Numbered from the stretch's first letter, positions 17,627 through 27,516 are shown. The stretch is 64,000 bases of DNA from a virus (IMGVR_UViG_3300044692_000034:64001-128000); one strand, 5' to 3'. Notes: generated by a model not told the origin, from the letters alone. Made by a program: numbers and translations.

Positions 17627-18490
17627 CTAGTAGATGTTCAGCCTGCGACACGCCCGCAGGAACTCCATGCGCGCCACGGAGTACGGCATGCCGAACATGC
17701 ACCTGACTCCATCGGGCAGCACACAGTCTGGTGTGTCCCAGCCGGCTTCGGCGGGGCACAGGACCTTCCCTTCGCAGAACCGTGCACGTAGGTCAGCTCG
17801 CTTGACCTTCTCCCTCGTCTCGTTGCTCGGAAGCGGCACGCCAAGCGCCTCCAACACCACGGGCTGCATCAGCTCGTCGAGTTCGACGACGATGCCGGCG
17901 TCGATACAGCCCTGCGCCGCATCGGGGAAGTACGGCGCGTCGCGCTCCTCGCAGTAGGCCCGGATGGCGTCCATGGCTGCACGTTGCGCAAGCGTTTCGA
18001 GAGCGCGCTTGAGCGGCGAGCCGAGGTCGGTGATGTACGCCTCGTGGGCGTCATGGCAGAGCGCGTACTGACGCTCGGAGAGCGGCGCGTCGAGGTACAT
18101 GGAGTCGAAGATGTCGAGCACGAGCATGGAGTGCTCTGCGACGGAAAGCGGCCACAGCGTCTGGCCGAAGAACCGGTTGCAGTTGGCGAGGCCGGTCGCG
18201 ACATCGTCGAGGCAGATGCCCTCGGCGAGCGGGGCGAGGAAATCGATCGGCCCCTTCGTGAGCCCGTTGATCGATGTGCGGCTCGCGGGGTGGTTGCCGC
18301 CCGGATTGATCGTATGGTTCGGTTCGCTGTCGGCCGACAGGATGGCGCGGCGCTGCATCTCCTCGTCGACGCTCATGCTCTCCGGCTTCTCCTGCGCCTC
18401 TCGCACCCTCAGCTCGTCAGGGGTCGGGTCGCGGTGGCAGTGCGGACACCTGATGCCCAACGTCTCGTACATGCTCGGCGCAACGCTCAC
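17627..18490 (-). CDS. HD-domain phosphohydrolase (YfbR/YfdR-like 5'-deoxynucleotidase)
   Basis: NRFFGQT, SVAEHS, HDAHEAYITDL..PLK, VKRAD. Confidence 0.85.
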   Translation of the reverse strand: MSVAPSMYETLGIRCPHCHRDPTPDELRVREAQEKPESMSVDEEMQRRAILSADSEPNHTINPGGNHPASRTSINGLTKGPIDFLAPLAEGICLDDVATGLANCNRFFGQTLWPLSVAEHSMLVLDIFDSMYLDAPLSERQYALCHDAHEAYITDLGSPLKRALETLAQRAAMDAIRAYCEERDAPYFPDAAQGCIDAGIVVELDELMQPVVLEALGVPLPSNETREKVKRADLRARFCEGKVLCPAEAGWDTPDCVLPDGVRCMFGMPYSVARMEFLRACRRLNIY

Positions 18491-18538
18491 CCTAACCCCA
18501 TTTCTTTCATGACTACGTAGTTGGCCAACTATAGCCGC

Positions 18539-19297
18539 CTAGCCGGCGGCAGGCGGCCAATCTCCAGGAGGCGCGAGGTCAGGCATAAACATGATCTCGC
18601 ATGCCATGACTCCTGGCTTGTACACGGCACTGAATGTCACCACTTCGAACCGGTCCCATCGGTCGTCGGGGATCCAGCCGCCGAGCGGGTCGACGAGCTG
18701 CACCGGCTTCTTTGGGTCGAACTTGGAGGCGTCCTTCTTGCGGCCCTGGTGGACCTCGACAACGTCTGTTTCGAGTAGTTCCGCGATGAACGTGTTTGCG
18801 ATCTTCCAGGTGTACCGCGAGGCGCCGACGTCACCGAGCGGACCTTGGTCCCAATCGATGTCAGCGTAGTTGACCTCGAAGTACCTGCCGCGCACGAGCG
18901 TGTCTCCGAGGAACTTGCAGAACGGGTACACGAGGTTGTCGCGGTCACGCCGCTGCCTGTTCTCGAACGTGAACTCGACGTGAACCATCATCCGCTCGCA
19001 GCCGCGCGGCAACGACGTCGCATGCAACGCCTCCGCAAACGCCGTCTGCCACATCTTCTTGCGCGGCTGCCACACCATCGGATCCTCGCCGTTGTCGTTC
19101 TCGAACGGCTCCGGAAACCCGTGGTGCTCGATCCAGTAGTACGCCCGCTTGCACACCCGGCACAACCCGTGCCCCCGCTTCGGCTTCTTCGCCGGCGGCA
19201 CGAACTCGTGGTGCCGCTCCAGCCTGATCGTGACCGGCTCGACCGTCGGATACTCCGGTGCGGGTTCTTCTGGTATGGGCAGCCCCATCTGTGTCAT
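18539..19297 (-). CDS. RusA-like Holliday junction resolvase with insertion
   Basis: RRDRDNL...KFLGDTL...WIPDD acidic catalytic pattern. Confidence 0.65.
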   Translation of the reverse strand: MTQMGLPIPEEPAPEYPTVEPVTIRLERHHEFVPPAKKPKRGHGLCRVCKRAYYWIEHHGFPEPFENDNGEDPMVWQPRKKMWQTAFAEALHATSLPRGCERMMVHVEFTFENRQRRDRDNLVYPFCKFLGDTLVRGRYFEVNYADIDWDQGPLGDVGASRYTWKIANTFIAELLETDVVEVHQGRKKDASKFDPKKPVQLVDPLGGWIPDDRWDRFEVVTFSAVYKPGVMACEIMFMPDLAPPGDWPPAAG

Positions 19298-19958
19298 GAA
19301 ACGGAACGATACCGCCACGCGTACGGCTCAAGCTTGTCCACCGCAACATGTGCTCCTTGCAGCAGAACGCCGACACTCGAGGGATACCTACCAGCGACTT
19401 GCCGCACAGCCGGCACACCTTGTGACTTCTCGCGGCCTGACGTCTGTACACCATGCTATGTGCACGAGAACAGAACCGTGAGTCGCGTCGCTTAGCAGCG
19501 AATCGTTCGTTGCAGTACAGGCAGCGTCGCCGGCGACAACAGATGCGGTCCCTGTGCGTCTTCGGCTGGAACTCTCGCTTGCACCAATCGCACAGCCGAG
19601 GCGGCGGCGGCGTCTTTGACCGGCGGCGACCCTTGTAAGCGCATGTCGGTGTGCAGAATCGACCATTCTTACGTCCCACGAACGGTGTGTCGCACGCTGC
19701 GCACACGTGCTGGTAACGCGGCTGACGGCGCAACGGCCTGCACTCGGGACACAGGACCTGGTCACGCCGGTTAGCGAGAAACGCGTCAGCACACTCCTCG
19801 CAGTACTTGAGCATCGCCGGCTCGGGCTCGATGCCCTTAGTCCACGTACCCACAGCAGACGGCGACACCCCCAACATCTCCGCGATCACGCGCACGCTCT
19901 CGCCGTTGGTCTTGAGCACACGAGCACGAGTCTTGACAACCTCGGAGTACAGCGTCAT
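18945..19958 (-). CDS. HTH + repeated zinc-ribbon protein (3' end overlaps the RusA-like ORF)
   Basis: N-terminal HTH (SVRVIAEMLGVSPSAVGTW) and repeated CxxC...FC units. Confidence 0.55.
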   Translation of the reverse strand: MTLYSEVVKTRARVLKTNGESVRVIAEMLGVSPSAVGTWTKGIEPEPAMLKYCEECADAFLANRRDQVLCPECRPLRRQPRYQHVCAACDTPFVGRKNGRFCTPTCAYKGRRRSKTPPPPRLCDWCKREFQPKTHRDRICCRRRRCLYCNERFAAKRRDSRFCSRAHSMVYRRQAARSHKVCRLCGKSLVGIPRVSAFCCKEHMLRWTSLSRTRGGIVPFHDTDGAAHTRRTRTGVSDGRAGHDQAGAAPRVRAAGEEAEAGARVVPGVQAGVLLDRAPRVSGAVRERQRRGSDGVAAAQEDVADGVCGGVACDVVAARLRADDGSRRVHVREQAAA

Positions 19959-20125
19959 ACAGCTACTCCGCGCCTCTTGACCTCTGCAACAACGAGAGCA
20001 AGAGTCCAGTACCCACCAAAGTGTTCGTAAGCGTCACCCGCTCGCGCCCACTCCTCTCTCAGCTCCTCGTCGCTCATCTCGACGAGGAGCTGTCGGTACT
20101 CGGACTCTCGGCTCTCAGCGCTCAC
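19955..20125 (-). CDS. hypothetical protein
   Basis: Fills the gap after RNR; ATGA-coupled to the next gene. Confidence 0.4.
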   Translation of the reverse strand: MSAESRESEYRQLLVEMSDEELREEWARAGDAYEHFGGYWTLALVVAEVKRRGVAV

Positions 20126-20129
20126 GTGC

Positions 20130-22952
20130 CTAACCGCAGCCGGTGTTGTGCGTGGGGTCCCTCTGGCACGTCCAGCACGTACCGGTACGCACCATGACTC
20201 CGCCGCAGTGGCACGGCTTGGTGCCGGTGGGTCGCAGCTCCACGACCTTGCCGCTGAGCGGTACGGCCGGAAACTTGCCGTTCTTGTGGACGATGTCGAC
20301 GAGCGGTTCGCCACCCACGAAGAACGCCGGCCCCGTCTTCTCTACCTCCTGCGCGTCAAGGCGCGCGGTCATCGTGGCCTTGACGTCGTCGGTGAGCACG
20401 CCGGCTTCCTCTGCGTCCGTGACGCTGCCGTAGCGCGCCATGAACCAGCGCCAGATGTAGTCCGGCACGCTCGATGCGTTCCAGATCTCCGGGTTGCTCG
20501 TCTCACCCCGGGGCTCGAACTCCTCGCCGATGAACTGGTGTGCGAACTGCTCGGCCGGGACGCCGTACTGGAGCCCGACGCTCACGGCCTTCGCCCAGCA
20601 GCCCAGCATGCCGCTGAGGAACGACCCCTCGTTCCCGAACCCGTTGACGAAGATCTCGCCGGGCGTGCCGTCCTCGTGGTGACCGACGGTCAGGTACCCC
20701 TTGTGGCCGCCGACCGTGAACTTGTGCGTCACGGACGTGCGGGTGTCGGGAAGCCGGCGCCGTTGCGGCAAGTACATCGCCACATCGGCCTCGGCAGCCG
20801 TCTCGGCAGGACTGTTCTTCTTGATGTGCGTGAGCGCTGCCGTGACCTTGCTGTTGTCACGGAAGACGCTGATGCACTTGGCGCCACCCTTCCATGCCCT
20901 CACGTAGCAGTCGAGCACGTCCTCGCGGGTCGCCACCTCGGCGAGATTGACTGTCTTGCTCGGCGCGCCGGAGAGGAACGGTTGGATCGCGCAGACCATG
21001 TCGATATGCCCGTGCGCGTGGATGTCGTTTGCGCAGTCGAAGACCCGCCGGTCGCTGTCGACGATGAGCGAGTGGAATCGGTCGAGGTCGTTGCTGATCA
21101 GCGCCTCGACTGCCTCTTCGATGACGTCCGGGAGGTACCCGAGCCGATCCATGGCACGCCCCACCGCACGATTGACGATGATGACGCTGCCGCCGCCCGC
21201 GAGGCCCTTGTGCTTGATGAGCGAGAAGTCAGGCTCGCAGCCGGTGGTGTCGCAATCCATCAGGTGCGACACCGTGCCGGTCGGGGCGATGACGGTCACC
21301 TGCGAGTTGCGGTAGCCGCCCACGTCACCGAACTCCACCGCGTCGGACCAGTCGTCGACGGCAGCGGCCCACAGCGGCGTCGGCATCTCGGCGCGTGACA
21401 GCGCACTGTTGTGCTTCGAGATGACGGCGCGGTGCGTCGCCTTGTTCTCCTCGTAACGGTCGTACGCGCCGAGGGATTGAGCGAGCACAGCGCTGCGCCG
21501 GTACGAGCGGCCGGTGAGCAGAGCCGTGACGCTCGCGGCCATGTCCCGACCCTCAGGCGAGTCGTACGCGAGGCCCTGGCACATGAGCAGCGCGCCGAGA
21601 TTGCTGTAGCCGAGGCCGAGCTGCCGCAGCTCACGCGTGTTCTTGTCGATCTGTGGGGTGGGGCCTTCGGAGTATTCGCAGCAGATGTCCATCGCCGTGA
21701 TCAGGATGTCGATCGTGTGCCGGTATCCGTCGACGTCGAAAGACCCGTCGCTGTTCAGGAACTTGAGCAGATTGATCGATGCGAGATTGCAGGCAGAGTC
21801 CTCGTTGAGCCACGTCTCGGCGCACGGGTTGCACGTCGTGATGGGGCTGTACTTGCCGTGTAGGTACGGTGTCGTGTGCCACTCGTTCGCACGGTCAAGG
21901 AACACGAGCCCGGGGTCGCCGCAGACCCACGCGGCGTCCACAGCCGTCCTGAGCAGGTCACCGGCGTTGACGGTCTGCACCGTGTCGCCCGTGACGCGCG
22001 CCGTGAGCGACCACTGGTCCGTCGTGCTCATCCCCGTGGCACGCCGCATGAACTCATCCGATGCTCCGACTGAGAGGTTCGCGTTCTGAAAGCTCGTAAC
22101 CTCCGCGATCGTCTTTTCGCCCTCGGGGGTGAACGGATCGATGTTGTGGCCGGCGTCCCTGAGCGTGCGCATGCGGCCGTCTTCGCGGCGCTTGCACTCG
22201 ATGAAGTCGAAGATATTCGGATGGTCGGCGTCTTCGATGACCATCTTCGCTGCTCGGCGGTGCGCGCCGCCGGACTTGAGCGTGCCGGCATTGGCGTCCC
22301 CGAGGCGCATGTACGACGTCGGGCCGCTCGCGTAGCCGCCCGTGCTCAGCGTCTCCATGTCACCACGCAGTGCACTGATGTTGACGCCCGAACCGGCGCC
22401 GGACTTGAAGATCGCAGCCTCGGTGTTGACCCAATCCATGATAGAATGCTGGCCCTTGCCGCCCATCTTCTCGCCGAGCATCGTGTCCTCGATGCGAAGG
22501 AGGTAGCACGCGCTCGCGCACTGCCGGCGCCCCGGCACGCCCAGGTTGAGCCACACCGGCGTGTTGAACGCAGCCATCTGGTGGAGCAGGATGTAGCTCA
22601 GCTCGTCGAAGAACGTCAGGGCCGCCGACGCGTTACGCCACGCACCGTCGCCCGTCGGGTCGCCGAAGTACCCGGCGTTGTAGCCCCAGATGGTGATCTG
22701 CTCCACTACGCGCCGGACCATCGACCGGACGCTGTTCTCCTTCGCGCCGTTGACAGTTGCGAAGTACAGCTTGGCGGAGACGCCGACCGCTTTGGGGCTC
22801 CAATCGGCGGGGTACTCGACGTCCTTCTGCGAGAAGTCGCCTAGCTCGGCGTCGCCACGAGCCCAGGAGATGTCGTTGTAGGGGTTGCTGCCCTTCTTGG
22901 TGAAGCGCCGCCCAATCGGCACTTTCTTCTTCGGTGTGTCTAGAGCTGTCAT
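20130..22952 (-). CDS. nrdJ: class II (adenosylcobalamin-dependent) ribonucleotide reductase with TSCPD domain
   Basis: FNTPVWLN, SACY, GSGVN, RRAAKM, NPCAE, ACNLASINL, IAPTGTVS, SKTVN, RRRLP...TSCPD-like C-terminus. Confidence 0.95.
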   Translation of the reverse strand: MTALDTPKKKVPIGRRFTKKGSNPYNDISWARGDAELGDFSQKDVEYPADWSPKAVGVSAKLYFATVNGAKENSVRSMVRRVVEQITIWGYNAGYFGDPTGDGAWRNASAALTFFDELSYILLHQMAAFNTPVWLNLGVPGRRQCASACYLLRIEDTMLGEKMGGKGQHSIMDWVNTEAAIFKSGAGSGVNISALRGDMETLSTGGYASGPTSYMRLGDANAGTLKSGGAHRRAAKMVIEDADHPNIFDFIECKRREDGRMRTLRDAGHNIDPFTPEGEKTIAEVTSFQNANLSVGASDEFMRRATGMSTTDQWSLTARVTGDTVQTVNAGDLLRTAVDAAWVCGDPGLVFLDRANEWHTTPYLHGKYSPITTCNPCAETWLNEDSACNLASINLLKFLNSDGSFDVDGYRHTIDILITAMDICCEYSEGPTPQIDKNTRELRQLGLGYSNLGALLMCQGLAYDSPEGRDMAASVTALLTGRSYRRSAVLAQSLGAYDRYEENKATHRAVISKHNSALSRAEMPTPLWAAAVDDWSDAVEFGDVGGYRNSQVTVIAPTGTVSHLMDCDTTGCEPDFSLIKHKGLAGGGSVIIVNRAVGRAMDRLGYLPDVIEEAVEALISNDLDRFHSLIVDSDRRVFDCANDIHAHGHIDMVCAIQPFLSGAPSKTVNLAEVATREDVLDCYVRAWKGGAKCISVFRDNSKVTAALTHIKKNSPAETAAEADVAMYLPQRRRLPDTRTSVTHKFTVGGHKGYLTVGHHEDGTPGEIFVNGFGNEGSFLSGMLGCWAKAVSVGLQYGVPAEQFAHQFIGEEFEPRGETSNPEIWNASSVPDYIWRWFMARYGSVTDAEEAGVLTDDVKATMTARLDAQEVEKTGPAFFVGGEPLVDIVHKNGKFPAVPLSGKVVELRPTGTKPCHCGGVMVRTGTCWTCQRDPTHNTGCG

Positions 22953-22953
22953 C

Positions 22954-23589
22954 CTAGTCGAATAGTTTCGTGGTTTCCAGGTCGCCGCGCTTCTTGAGGA
23001 GCCTGTACCCCTCGTTAGCCCATTGCTCGAACCTGTCGGCAATGTCGCAGATCATTGTGATGCCGTCCTTGCGCTCTGCGTTCGTGCCTTCCGCCTTGCG
23101 CGTCCCGAACTCGCCTCTGTAGGGATACGCACCGATGTACGCGATCGCCCACTTGATTTCTTCGGGCTTGTACTTCTTGAGCCACTTCTCAACCGCGTCG
23201 AAGCGGTCGTCGGTTAGCTTGCTGTTCGGATGCCCGGTCTGCTCTTTCCAGTAGTTGAAGATGTCCTGAACGATTGGCCGCTTCGGGCTCTTTGCTCTCG
23301 CGTTGTCACGCTCATTCTCCAGCCGCGTGACCTTTGACCTATAGCTGCGTAGCTCCCTCTCCGCTTCGGCGAGTTGCTGCAACGCTCGTTCTGCTTCCGT
23401 CTTGTAGTGCTGGCAGTCTTCGCACAGTAGCTCACCGGTGGTGCCATCGACGAGCCGTAGCTGAGGTCGCGGGGCCTGCGGATCTGCGACCTGGCTCGGG
23501 TGGTACGAGTGGTGGTAGTCAGGCGCAATCGAGTCCGGCAGCAGGTCGTCCGGGTGCACTCCTCCTAGCTCATCGATGGCTCGTGCCAT
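22954..23589 (-). CDS. phage replication-organiser-like protein (coiled coil + helical C-domain)
   Basis: VQDIFNYWKEQTGHPNSKLT..R...YKPEEIKWAI. Confidence 0.55.
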   Translation of the reverse strand: MARAIDELGGVHPDDLLPDSIAPDYHHSYHPSQVADPQAPRPQLRLVDGTTGELLCEDCQHYKTEAERALQQLAEAERELRSYRSKVTRLENERDNARAKSPKRPIVQDIFNYWKEQTGHPNSKLTDDRFDAVEKWLKKYKPEEIKWAIAYIGAYPYRGEFGTRKAEGTNAERKDGITMICDIADRFEQWANEGYRLLKKRGDLETTKLFD

Positions 23590-24212
23590 TACGACTCCTC
23601 GATCGCCGGCCGAGTACGAAGAGGCCTCTCGCGGTGCCGCATGACCTTGCCCTTGAGACCCTGCATGAACGCCTGGTTCCTGCACCCGTTGGGGCAATCG
23701 ATGTACAAGCCGCCGCCGGGCTCGGCGGGCTGCGCAGCAATCCTAATTTCACCGTACACAGGATCGTTTCTCGTGTACGCCGGGACTGCCTGTCTTGGTG
23801 CTCTTGTCCTCAGCCATGCCCCCTGCGCCCCGCAGAACATGCAGTCGCAGCTCACCATGACCATCCACGGCTCGTGAATCTCGTCGAGCAGCGCCAAGAC
23901 GTCCATGAGCTTCTTTGCGCGGCGTGCCGGCGGGGGCGGTGGTGCGACATCGATGCTGCGCGCGTGGCTCTCGCCCGGCCGCAGCAGGTCACGGTACGTC
24001 AATCCGAGAGGACGAAGGATGTCGTTGATCTTGCAGTCGTACACGAAACAGTGCACGCTCGCGTTCCCTTCGAGCCCTTCTTTGACGAGCAGGTTGTGAT
24101 CGTCTCCGTCGTGCGCCGGGCACTTCGCACGGAACTTGTGGATAGGGCCGCGCGGATCGAACCCATGCGCGTCAAGCGCCTCGTACACAGTGCGGCAAGG
24201 GTCCGCGCTCAC
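23589..24212 (-). CDS. primase-type zinc-binding domain protein
   Basis: AKCPAHDG...VHCF..C..NDIL..LGL..RDL; no TOPRIM domain seen. Confidence 0.7.
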   Translation of the reverse strand: MSADPCRTVYEALDAHGFDPRGPIHKFRAKCPAHDGDDHNLLVKEGLEGNASVHCFVYDCKINDILRPLGLTYRDLLRPGESHARSIDVAPPPPPARRAKKLMDVLALLDEIHEPWMVMVSCDCMFCGAQGAWLRTRAPRQAVPAYTRNDPVYGEIRIAAQPAEPGGGLYIDCPNGCRNQAFMQGLKGKVMRHRERPLRTRPAIEES

Positions 24213-24694
24213 CCTATCCACGCCCCAACGCGACGCTGACTCGGCCTCCAGTAGTACTCGTACTGGCACTGCTGGCACAGCGGCTCCCCGGTCTCAGGCA
24301 GCTTGACAACCGCCGGCCTGTCAGTGTGGACGTGGCACCACTCCCACCCCGGGTACGTCCCACGGAACGGAAGCCCGTCTGCTTCGGGGTCGACCATACC
24401 GCCGTCTTGCGTGACGTGCACCGCGATGGTCGGCACGGGCATATGGGTGCGGTCTGTCTGGAATGGGCCGCAATGCGGCCCCTCGCAGATCGTGTACTCG
24501 TGCTCGTAGTGGACGACCTTGGCGTACCCGCACACGGGGCACAGCCTCAGGATCCACATGAGTGGGCGGTCGCCTGGTGTCTCACGCAGGTTCGTTGAGT
24601 CGCAGCCGCCGCACTTCTCTGGCAGCGTGTCCATCGTGCCGGCTGTGTACGACCCGCAGTCGAGACACTGAACCTGTTTTTGCGGACGTATCAC
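24209..24694 (-). CDS. Cys-rich multi-zinc-ribbon protein
   Basis: Multiple CxxC motifs. Confidence 0.55.
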   Translation of the reverse strand: MIRPQKQVQCLDCGSYTAGTMDTLPEKCGGCDSTNLRETPGDRPLMWILRLCPVCGYAKVVHYEHEYTICEGPHCGPFQTDRTHMPVPTIAVHVTQDGGMVDPEADGLPFRGTYPGWEWCHVHTDRPAVVKLPETGEPLCQQCQYEYYWRPSQRRVGAWIG

Positions 24695-24696
24695 AG

Positions 24697-25827
24697 CTAC
24701 GCCTCAACTTCGGGGTTGCCGCACGCCTCGGACGCCTTCTTCGGGTCGCCCTTGGCGAACACGAGCACGTGCTGATGGCAGCGCTCAAGCTTGCGGCTCG
24801 CGTTCACGTGCTTCGCGGCGCGGAGCATGGCCGTGCCCACGGAGCCCAGCAAGATGGCCTCGTTGTACAGGTGCATGCCGCAATCCTGCGCCGCCTGAAT
24901 CGCGTCCTTCATCACGCCGTACGCGAAGCCTGTCTTCTTGTTGCGGACCTCGCCGAGCACCCACACACTGAACGCGTCCTTGACGAGCAGGTCAGTTGAC
25001 TGAGCCATCGCGGAGCGCAGCATTGCCCTGAACGTCGAGTACGGTGCCGTCGACAGGTCGCGCGGGTCGTCGCTGTACACCTCCAGGTCGGCGTATGGCG
25101 GGCACGTCATGACCAGGTTGGCTTTGTCGAGTCCCATCGACCGCAGGCTGGTAGCGTCGCCCTCGTGCCACGTAGGCGCCGCAGGCGTACGCCCGAAATC
25201 AAATGCTCCGCTGAGGATTTCCTCAGCCTGCTTGCGATTATCCTCGACCTGTTCTGGCCGTAGCTCGACGCCGGTGTACTCGCGGCCGAGCGCGCCGGAG
25301 ACGACACCGCGCACAGCACCACCCGCGAACGGGTCTAGGACCTTGAGCCCTGGCGCACTGAACCAGCGGACGATGATCTCGCACAGCAGCGGATCGAAGA
25401 CGCTCGTGCCGGTCTTGAGTGACCCACTTGCGCCTTCCATCTCCTTCTCGCGGTCGTAGTACTTGGTGCGGAACTCCTTGGTCGAGATCTCCCGGCCAAG
25501 CTCCGCCTCGACCTCCGCCTTACGCGTGTAGAACTTCGGGTCGCCGTTGACGCCGGAGTTCATCATGAGACCCTTGTCGCGGCCCAGCTCTGAGCGGAGC
25601 CCGATGCTCAACCACTGGTCGCGACGTTCCTTCCAGTACCCGGCGCGCGTGTCGAGCACAGTGAACGGCGGCACCACGAACTTGTCGGTCAGTTTAGGCG
25701 CGGCGCCCTTGATGGCAATGACCTCGCCGGCGAGGTTGCGTTGCTCACCGTGGTCAACCTCCATGTCGAATCCGAGCTGCGGTGTGAGCGCATCCTTCAA
25801 CGCAGCGTCTGCCTTCTTACCGGCCAA
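24697..25827 (-). CDS. amino (N4-C/N6-A) DNA methyltransferase, copy 1
   Basis: VLDPFAGG (motif I) and TCPPY (motif IV). Confidence 0.85.
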   Translation of the reverse strand: MAGKKADAALKDALTPQLGFDMEVDHGEQRNLAGEVIAIKGAAPKLTDKFVVPPFTVLDTRAGYWKERRDQWLSIGLRSELGRDKGLMMNSGVNGDPKFYTRKAEVEAELGREISTKEFRTKYYDREKEMEGASGSLKTGTSVFDPLLCEIIVRWFSAPGLKVLDPFAGGAVRGVVSGALGREYTGVELRPEQVEDNRKQAEEILSGAFDFGRTPAAPTWHEGDATSLRSMGLDKANLVMTCPPYADLEVYSDDPRDLSTAPYSTFRAMLRSAMAQSTDLLVKDAFSVWVLGEVRNKKTGFAYGVMKDAIQAAQDCGMHLYNEAILLGSVGTAMLRAAKHVNASRKLERCHQHVLVFAKGDPKKASEACGNPEVEA

Positions 25828-26041
25828 GGCTCACCTCTCCCTTCCCTACCGTGAGGTGCCACCCGCCGCACGCATCGCAGCGATACGCACCCCCCGGTTC
25901 GACCTCTGCTGGCACAGCCGCCTGCGCGTTCTCCATGTGGATGCTCACGGCCCGGCGTAGAGCCCTGCCCTGCGTACTGAAGTAAGCTTTGCCGGTCGGG
26001 CACACCGGCGTCGTCTTGTGTGGCTGCCGCTTCAGGCTCAT
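25817..26041 (-). CDS. small zinc-finger protein
   Basis: CPTGKAYF...AYRCDACGGWHLT. Confidence 0.65.
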   Translation of the reverse strand: MSLKRQPHKTTPVCPTGKAYFSTQGRALRRAVSIHMENAQAAVPAEVEPGGAYRCDACGGWHLTVGKGEVSLGR

Positions 26042-27516
26042 ACGTCAAGCTCCGCCATGCCGCACGCCTCAGCCGCCTTCTTCCAGTCGCCCTTCACGAA
26101 CACGAGAACGTGCTGGTGGCAGCGAGTGATCTTGCGGGTACGCATGCTGCCCGCAGACCGCAATGCCGCAGTGCCGATGGAGTTCACGAGGACCAGCTCG
26201 TTGTAGAGCGGCATGTCGCATTCGCGCGCCATGAGCTTCGTGTCAGTCACGAGGTCGTATGGCATGCCCGATTTGGCGTTGCGTGCCTCACCGATCACGA
26301 CCACGGCGAAGCGGTCCTTCTTCAGGCGCTCGGCTGCTGCTGCTAGAGCTTGCGAGAGGAGCGCACGGAACGTCGCATACGTCGCCGTCGAGAGATCGCG
26401 TGGATCGTCGGAGTAGACCTCCAGGTCCGCGTAGGGCGGGCACGTGAAGATGAGGTCAGCGCTTGTCGGAGCGTCGGCGATGTTGCGAAGCTGTGTGGCA
26501 TCTCCCTCGATCCACGTCGGCTTGATGAACTCGCGACCGATGTCAATGCGGTCGGCGGTGTTGACGGTCGTGCAACGCGCGTTGAGCCATTCGGCTTGGT
26601 CGCGGTTGTCGGTGACCTGCTCGGCGCGTAGCTCGATGCCGGTGTAGCGGCGGCCGAGCACGCCGGCCATGATCCCTCTCACGGCCCCGCCAGCGAAGGG
26701 GTCGAGCACGACGGCGCCGGGTGCACTGAACCAGCGGTACGCCACTTCGCAGAGCAAGGGGTCGAAGATGCTCGTGCCGGTCTGCTCGCCCGGTTCGTTG
26801 TAGATCGTCTCGGGCCGCATGCCGATCGTCTTCCACGCGCTGCGGCGTTCCTGCCAGTACGCCTGCCGCGTGTCCAGGATCGTGAGCGGCGGCACGACGA
26901 ACTTGTCGGACAGGCTCGGTGGCTTGGTGAGCACTGTCTCGACCTGTATGTTGAAGCCGAGCTGCGGGGCGAGAGACGCCGCGAGCGTCGCATCGGCGCC
27001 GGTGCCTTCTTGCTTCGGCTCGGCGCCCTCGCGGTTCTGCTCGAACTTCTCGCGTCCGGGCCATGCCAGCGCGTCGGTACGCAGAGAGCGGCGCCGTAGC
27101 GGCTCATGCCCGCCGTCCACAGCCCCGAACAGGTCGGCTGCCGGTTCCGGTTCCGGCTCGGGCTCGGGCTCCGGCTCCGGCGTGGACTCGGGAGCCGACT
27201 CCTCGACGACGACCAGTTCTTCCGGTGCCGGTGGCGCATCGGGCACAGCTACGCCGCACGTCCCGTCACAGTCTGTGAACCCGCATGCGCCGCACGCGGC
27301 GTCGACGAGCGTCTGGCCCCTCACGGGCACGGGCGCAAGCACAGGCTCATCCCACTCAGGTTCGTAATCGGTCTCCGGCTCCGGCTCGTCGAACAACGAC
27401 GGCCCCGCCGAGCTGACCTTGCCTAGAGCACGCGCGCGTTCGATAGCTGCACTAGCAGATGCCAGTGCCTCTGGAGACATGTTCTCCAGACCCCTCTTCG
27501 GTTCAGCGCGGGCCAT
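26038..27516 (-). CDS. amino (N4-C/N6-A) DNA methyltransferase, copy 2, with acidic/Pro-rich N-terminal extension
   Basis: VLDPFAGG and TCPPY; paralog of 24697-25827. Confidence 0.85.
   Translation of the reverse strand: MARAEPKRGLENMSPEALASASAAIERARALGKVSSAGPSLFDEPEPETDYEPEWDEPVLAPVPVRGQTLVDAACGACGFTDCDGTCGVAVPDAPPAPEELVVVEESAPESTPEPEPEPEPEPEPAADLFGAVDGGHEPLRRRSLRTDALAWPGREKFEQNREGAEPKQEGTGADATLAASLAPQLGFNIQVETVLTKPPSLSDKFVVPPLTILDTRQAYWQERRSAWKTIGMRPETIYNEPGEQTGTSIFDPLLCEVAYRWFSAPGAVVLDPFAGGAVRGIMAGVLGRRYTGIELRAEQVTDNRDQAEWLNARCTTVNTADRIDIGREFIKPTWIEGDATQLRNIADAPTSADLIFTCPPYADLEVYSDDPRDLSTATYATFRALLSQALAAAAERLKKDRFAVVVIGEARNAKSGMPYDLVTDTKLMARECDMPLYNELVLVNSIGTAALRSAGSMRTRKITRCHQHVLVFVKGDWKKAAEACGMAELDV
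27141..27180. repeat. degenerate hexamer tandem repeat encoding (PE)n
   Basis: ccggtt/ccggct/cgggct units. Confidence 0.6.

Noticed and set aside
18518-18531. Palindrome TAGTTGGCCAACTA as a shared operator with AGTTG-N4-CAACT at 13248
   Set aside because: The spacing differs and there are only two instances, too few to call a regulon.
20130-22952. Intein or intron in nrdJ
   Set aside because: The motifs are contiguous at normal spacing, with no splice-junction or LAGLIDADG signatures.
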